Notes under the pieces: model-generated | What the model was told of the DNA's origin: nothing | Database searches by the model: none | Seen by the model: the letters and a program-made list of their open reading frames with translations, nothing else | Origin: Candidatus Moranbacteria bacterium UBA1362 | GTDB taxonomy: Bacteria > Patescibacteriota > Minisyncoccia > Moranbacterales > GWC2-37-73 | Assembly (NCBI GenBank): GCA_002306085.1 | Contig: DBRS01000004.1 | Coordinates: 8,133-72,132 of the forward strand | Direction: 5' to 3' | DNA: 64,000 nt | Made by a program: the position numbers and the translations under genes | In this document: one piece after another, positions 59,490 to 64,000 of the stretch | Numbering within the stretch: the stretch's first letter is position 1 | Layout: each line of letters begins with the position of its first letter

Positions 59490-59577
59490 GTATCAAGTAT
59501 AAAATGAAATCAGCTATTGACACAGAAGGACTAAGATATTATTATTAAAGTATACTAAATTGGTAGGTATTAAAAAC

Positions 59578-59982
59578 ATGAAATTTTCAACAAAAGCGGA
59601 ATATGGCCTTAGAGCCATGGTAAATCTGGCAAAACACTATCCTGGACAAAAAACAGCCAAATTGATATCCAAAGAAGAGGATATTTCCCAAAAGTATCTT
59701 GAACGCCTACTGGCAACCTTATGCAGCGAAGGCATAGTTGATAGCAGCAAGGGAAAATCCGGAGGATATGTGCTTGCCAGAGATCCCAAAAAGATTTCAG
59801 CAGGTGAAATAATAGAGGTTTTGGAAGGAAGCATATCTCCAATGAGATGTGCCGGGGAATTTTGTGCCGCGGAAAAACGGTGTCTTTCAAGCATAGTTTG
59901 GATTGAATTGGGGCAACAGATCAGAAAAACACTTTATTCAATAAAGCTAGACAGCCTTATCCGTCAAAAACGTAGAAAATAA
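59578..59982 (+). CDS. iscR: Rrf2-family transcriptional regulator (IscR-like)
   Basis: MKFSTKAEYGLRAM..., HTH ISKEEDISQKYLERLL, and cluster-ligand spacing C-x4-C-x5-C (MRCAGEFCAAEKRC). Confidence 0.8.
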   Translation: MKFSTKAEYGLRAMVNLAKHYPGQKTAKLISKEEDISQKYLERLLATLCSEGIVDSSKGKSGGYVLARDPKKISAGEIIEVLEGSISPMRCAGEFCAAEKRCLSSIVWIELGQQIRKTLYSIKLDSLIRQKRRK

Positions 59983-59988
59983 CTCGCT

Positions 59989-61224
59989 ATGAACAAGAAA
60001 AAAATATATCTTGATTACGCCGCCACAACTCCCGTTGATTCCGAAATACTTGAAGCAATGCTCCCATATTTTTCTAAAGGCTACGGAAATCCGATGTCAA
60101 TTCATGGATTTGGCCAAGAAGCATTGGAAGCAGTTGATGAGGCGCGAGATAGAGCAGCTGACTTTTTTGGCTGCGCTCCTTCGGAAATATTCTTTACTTC
60201 CGGAGCAACCGAAAGCAATAATCTTGCAATCAAGGGTATTTTAAAGTCTTTCCGCATATTGCAGCTACAGACTAAAAAAGACATAAAGCCGCATATAATT
60301 ACAACAAAATTTGAACATCACTCGGTACTGGACGTCTGTAAGGCAGTTGAGAGAGGCGGGTTTGCAGAGATTACGTTCATAAATCCCGATAAAGAAGGAT
60401 TGATTTTAACTCGAGACATAGAAAAAACAATAAAACCTAACACCATTTTGGTATCCATAATGTATGTAAATAACGAAATAGGAACCTTGCAGCCGATTGC
60501 TGAAATTGGAAAAAAGTTGAAAAAAATAAACGAAGAAAGACAAAAAAACAAACAACCAAGAATTCTATTTCATACGGACGCCACTCAAGCTGTAAATTAT
60601 TTTAATTGCACAGTTGATGATCTTGGCGTGGACATGCTTTCCATGTCGGCACATAAAATATATGGACCCAAGGGAGTTGGAATACTTTATATCCGCAAGG
60701 GCACTCCAATTAAAAATATCCAGCAAGGCGGAGATCAGGAATTAAAAATGCGCGCAGGAACTCATAACGTTCCGGCAATCGTGGGTCTTGGAAAAGCAAT
60801 TTCAATGATCAAAAATCAAAAAACAAAAGAAGAATCAAACAAAATAAAAAAATTGAGAGATTATTTAATTGCACGAGTGTTAAAAGAGATACCCGGATCA
60901 TATCTGAACGGATCAAAAAATATGCGTTCTCCCAACAACGCAAACTTTAGATTTGACGATATAGAGGGAGAAGGATTGGTGCTCTCGCTTGATCTTGACG
61001 GCATTGCGGTTTCAACAGGAAGTGCATGCTCATCGGGAGCTTTAGAGCCATCACACGTTCTTCTGTCGCTCGGATTAAAACACGAACAAGCACATGGGAG
61101 CTTAAGGATAACTTTAGGAAAGCATATCTCGAGAGAAGACGTGGAACTATTAATATTAAAATTAAAAGAAGCAGTCGAACGACTAAGAAAAATTTCAGGA
61201 AACGTTCTGGCTGAATTCAAATGA
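59989..61224 (+). CDS. iscS: Cysteine desulfurase (IscS/NifS)
   Basis: IYLDYAATTP, SAHKIYGPKGVG (PLP-Lys), SSGSACSS (active Cys loop). Confidence 0.93.
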   Translation: MNKKKIYLDYAATTPVDSEILEAMLPYFSKGYGNPMSIHGFGQEALEAVDEARDRAADFFGCAPSEIFFTSGATESNNLAIKGILKSFRILQLQTKKDIKPHIITTKFEHHSVLDVCKAVERGGFAEITFINPDKEGLILTRDIEKTIKPNTILVSIMYVNNEIGTLQPIAEIGKKLKKINEERQKNKQPRILFHTDATQAVNYFNCTVDDLGVDMLSMSAHKIYGPKGVGILYIRKGTPIKNIQQGGDQELKMRAGTHNVPAIVGLGKAISMIKNQKTKEESNKIKKLRDYLIARVLKEIPGSYLNGSKNMRSPNNANFRFDDIEGEGLVLSLDLDGIAVSTGSACSSGALEPSHVLLSLGLKHEQAHGSLRITLGKHISREDVELLILKLKEAVERLRKISGNVLAEFK

Positions 61225-61227
61225 TAT

Positions 61228-61626
61228 ATGATGTATTCAAAAAAAGTGATGGAGCATTTCATGCGTCCTCACAATCAAGGAAAAATTAAGAATCCGGATG
61301 GCATAGGCATTGTCGGCAATCCCAAATGTGGCGATATCATGAGGATGTATATTAAAGTCGGCAAAAATAACAAGAATGAAGAAATGATTAAGGATATTAA
61401 GTTTGAAACATTGGGTTGCGGAGCCGCCATTGCCACCTCATCCGCGACTACGGATATGGCAAAAGGGAAGACCTTTAAAGAAGCACTCGAAATAGACAGA
61501 AATGTGGTCGCTGATGAACTCGGAGGATTGCCGCCAATAAAAATGCATTGCAGTAATTTAGCAGCAGACGCACTCAGAAGAGCGATTGAAGATTATAACA
61601 ATAAAAAGAAGAAAAATGTAAAATAA
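61228..61626 (+). CDS. iscU: Fe-S cluster assembly scaffold IscU/NifU
   Basis: GNPKCGD, LGCGAAIATSS, HCSNLA: the three conserved Cys and His of IscU. Confidence 0.92.
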   Translation: MMYSKKVMEHFMRPHNQGKIKNPDGIGIVGNPKCGDIMRMYIKVGKNNKNEEMIKDIKFETLGCGAAIATSSATTDMAKGKTFKEALEIDRNVVADELGGLPPIKMHCSNLAADALRRAIEDYNNKKKKNVK

Positions 61627-62169
61627 AACCTATTAAAAGTTTAGAGGATAAAAATTTCACGAGAAGAGAAGGAGGAAGGAACGCGAAGGTGTTTCTTCTT
61701 TGTTTTTTATTTTTCTTTATTTGATTAATACGCATTATATGTTCAGTAAATGATGGTAGGTGATATGAATATTGTTGTGTATAGATAGTCGCACAATATA
61801 TCTTTTGCGACATAATATATCATATACCCCCTTGTTTAAGCCTTTAATTTACAGATTGATTAACTGATTCAAATAGCCAGGATCGTACTTTCGCCCTCTA
61901 AAATATAACTGGATATGGATGTGTGTGCTGCCCACCCTAAAATAGCGCGAAATTTCGACCCACAATCAAATCTGATGATTTCAGGTCTAACTTTTTGCAT
62001 ATTCCAAAACCAACTTATCCTGTACACAAAATTTACCATTTCCACCATTTCGGGGATACATAGATGTATGTCTTCATGGCATCATTTGGCATAAAATCTT
62101 TACTAAAAAGAATAAAGCTATATCGTTACGCAAAACAATATAGCTTTTCATATACTGCATGGAAAAAGA

Positions 62170-62544
62170 TTAGATAATACTGCAAAATTCCAATTTATAT
62201 CCACATCTTGGACATATAAGAACATATCCTGCTTCGGATAATTGATAAACCTGCATTTTTACCGGACAACCCATTTCACATACGCGACCGGGTTTTTCTC
62301 CAGGTTTATATTGAAACTTTTTGGAAATTTTACATGAATCATTTAAACGATCAAACTCAAAAAATTGATTTCTAAAACTCTTCATAAGATTATTCATAAT
62401 CCCTCCGTTTTTTATTGGAAAAGAACAAGAATGAGAATCGGCCTTTATTCTATATTTAATTATAGCAGAGTCATCCAATGTTTCCTGTTCTGAGATATCC
62501 ACATTTGTTAACGTCGCACAACCTTTTATAGTATTGGTAGGCAA
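62170..62544 (-). CDS. Hypothetical protein with C-terminal zinc ribbon
   Basis: CEMGC...ICPRCGY pairs of Cys. No other recognisable motif. Confidence 0.4.
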   Translation of the reverse strand: MPTNTIKGCATLTNVDISEQETLDDSAIIKYRIKADSHSCSFPIKNGGIMNNLMKSFRNQFFEFDRLNDSCKISKKFQYKPGEKPGRVCEMGCPVKMQVYQLSEAGYVLICPRCGYKLEFCSII

Positions 62545-62607
62545 AAGTAATTAAAAATAAAAACAGCGCGAAAGATGTTGTCAAAATTTTAGAAGATTTT
62601 ATCAACC

Positions 62608-63909
62608 TTAATTATAAATTATCATTTGATCAATAACGGTCCCGCTTTTCGTTCCCATGGCTCCTACTAAAGCCCTTGAGGTATCAAGATAAATATTTGG
62701 ACCAAAATACGGATCATGCACCACATACTTCCCTGTTGAAGATTCCTTATGATGTATTACGACATAATGACCTCCACTTCCTTTTGTTTTTTTAATATAA
62801 ACAATCACAGGATTATCTTTTTTAATTTGCGAATCAATAACTTTCCAGCTAATATTCCCATGTCTCACCCCATAAGAAGCAAGTGAAACCTTATCGCCAT
62901 AAGACTTTGAAGGCCACGCAATGAGACCTTCTTCGGTATATATGGGTTTTTTGACAAGCTGCAAAGGAGTTATCTTGTCCTTATGCGCCGTAAAGACCAT
63001 AGCCACTGATGAAATGGCGCATCCGTAATTTTTCATCTTGAGGCCGGAAATACCAATTTTGACATCTCCCCACTTAGGATCGCGCTGGGAATAATACCAA
63101 TCGGTTGAAGCGAAAAGCGATGAAGGCGGTTCAGGAAAATCTTTCAATGAAAGACCGCTGTCAGCAAAAAATCGTTCTATATCAAGCAGCTGTTGTTTCT
63201 GCTCTTCTATGTTAGCCAGGAGTTTTCTATATCTTTCTTCTTCGCTTTTGGTCTGCACCAAAAGAACCTCCCGTTGTTTTTTCAGCGATTCCAAATTTGA
63301 GTTCTTGTCTTTAAGTTCCTGTGTTTTTTTGGCAATTTCACTCTTTTTCTTATCAATGGCATCTCTTTCTTCTTTGAGCTGGTTTTTTATTTCCGTAATT
63401 GAGTTAACAATATCTCTGATTTTGTCACCAGTCTGAGCAATCCTGTTTTTCGTGAGAATAAAAGAGGCTATGTTTCCTTTGGACAAATATGCCATTATCA
63501 AGCCTCCCTGATTTACTTCATAATAACCTCGGACAATTTCCGCGAGCAGCTTTTTTTGCGACTCGATCAATGTTTCCTTTTCTTTTATCTGACTTTCGAG
63601 TCTTATTATCTGGCTGTTGTATTCTTCAATCTGCCTGGTGCTTAATTCGATTTGCGTCTGAACCTGATTCAGGTTCGCTTCAGTAATGTATAACTGATTA
63701 CTTATTGATTCGCCCTGCTTTTCCTTTATTTCAACAATCTGCCGGTATATTTCGGCTTTTTTCTTAAGCTCTTCAAGTTTTTTTTGAGTGTCCTCCGAAA
63801 TCTCATCTTCACTGTCAGCTTTGGCGCAATAAAAAGATCCGAGGCAAATAGCCAAGACAAATGATATCACAAATAATGTATGGATTTTTTTTATTTTTAT
63901 ATGCATCAC
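62608..63909 (-). CDS. Secreted coiled-coil protein with C-terminal papain-like (C39-like/CHAP-like) cysteine peptidase domain, putative cell-wall hydrolase
   Basis: Signal peptide. Long heptad-rich region (EnvC-like). C-terminal NYGCAISSVAMV (Cys) and GGHYVVIHH (His). Confidence 0.45.
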   Translation of the reverse strand: MMHIKIKKIHTLFVISFVLAICLGSFYCAKADSEDEISEDTQKKLEELKKKAEIYRQIVEIKEKQGESISNQLYITEANLNQVQTQIELSTRQIEEYNSQIIRLESQIKEKETLIESQKKLLAEIVRGYYEVNQGGLIMAYLSKGNIASFILTKNRIAQTGDKIRDIVNSITEIKNQLKEERDAIDKKKSEIAKKTQELKDKNSNLESLKKQREVLLVQTKSEEERYRKLLANIEEQKQQLLDIERFFADSGLSLKDFPEPPSSLFASTDWYYSQRDPKWGDVKIGISGLKMKNYGCAISSVAMVFTAHKDKITPLQLVKKPIYTEEGLIAWPSKSYGDKVSLASYGVRHGNISWKVIDSQIKKDNPVIVYIKKTKGSGGHYVVIHHKESSTGKYVVHDPYFGPNIYLDTSRALVGAMGTKSGTVIDQMIIYN

Positions 63910-64000
63910 AAAAGATTAAAGCATTTTTATTGCAAAAGTGATCCTTTTCAGGGCTTGATCTTTTCCGAGCACCCAAGCAACCTCAAATGGAGATGGAGAT

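Overview
This is a gene-dense, low-GC (about 38-40% by eye) bacterial chromosomal segment. Roughly 51 of 57 genes are on the + strand. I saw no rRNA, tRNA, CRISPR array, transposase or integrase. Some intergenic regions carry near-consensus sigma70 promoters (TTGACA-N17-TATAAT, often with an extended -10 TGc) and clean rho-independent terminators. The gene content suggests a small-genome, Patescibacteria/CPR-like organism; this is inference only. It includes an ADP-forming acetyl-CoA synthetase, a short UMP kinase, many GT4 glycosyltransferases, two DUF4012 proteins, a bL27 with a long basic tail and a minimal iscRSU operon.

Recognisable genes in order: dnaK (5'-truncated at the window edge), pgeF/yfiH-like, dnaJ preceded by a CIRCE (HrcA) operator, an ADP-forming acetyl-CoA synthetase, and an atypical receiver-domain protein fused to a zinc ribbon. 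Then recJ, envelope-glycan locus A (GT4 x3, DUF4012), murJ, lepA, an ftsB-like gene, a PpiC-type PPIase, a small ferredoxin missed by the ORF track, htrA, clpB, and a catalytically dead HtrA paralog. Next comes a block of lipoproteins and surface proteins, then glycan locus B: a Wzz-like gene, a Wzy/O-antigen-ligase-like gene, GT4 x2, a beta-helix protein, a second Wzz-like gene, a second DUF4012, rfbC-rfbB-rfbD-glyA-rfbA and a UDPGP-like nucleotidyltransferase. The window ends with rplI, pyrG, rpmA, pyrH, iscR-iscS-iscU, and a minus-strand pair made of a Zn-ribbon protein and a coiled-coil papain-like peptidase.

The strongest candidate for something undescribed is three tandem secreted proteins at 54.5-58.2 kb. 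They are putative carbohydrate-active or hydrolase-like proteins with different catalytic cores. All three end at the same extreme C-terminal motif, ...T(T/P)PxN(P/T)PTGL(A/S)V(S/N)-stop. Two of them also share a near-identical signal peptide. This looks like a modular secreted family carrying a common C-terminal tag. A standalone Cas4-like Fe-S PD-(D/E)XK nuclease sits next to them on the opposite strand.

Other notable points: the dead HtrA paralog (H->R, D->N, S->I), an in-frame TAG splitting a lipoprotein signal peptide from a Cys/Asp-rich mature part, and a receiver domain whose phospho-acceptor Asp is replaced by Gly. There are also several long ORF-free structured regions that may encode ncRNAs, and glyA embedded in the dTDP-rhamnose operon.
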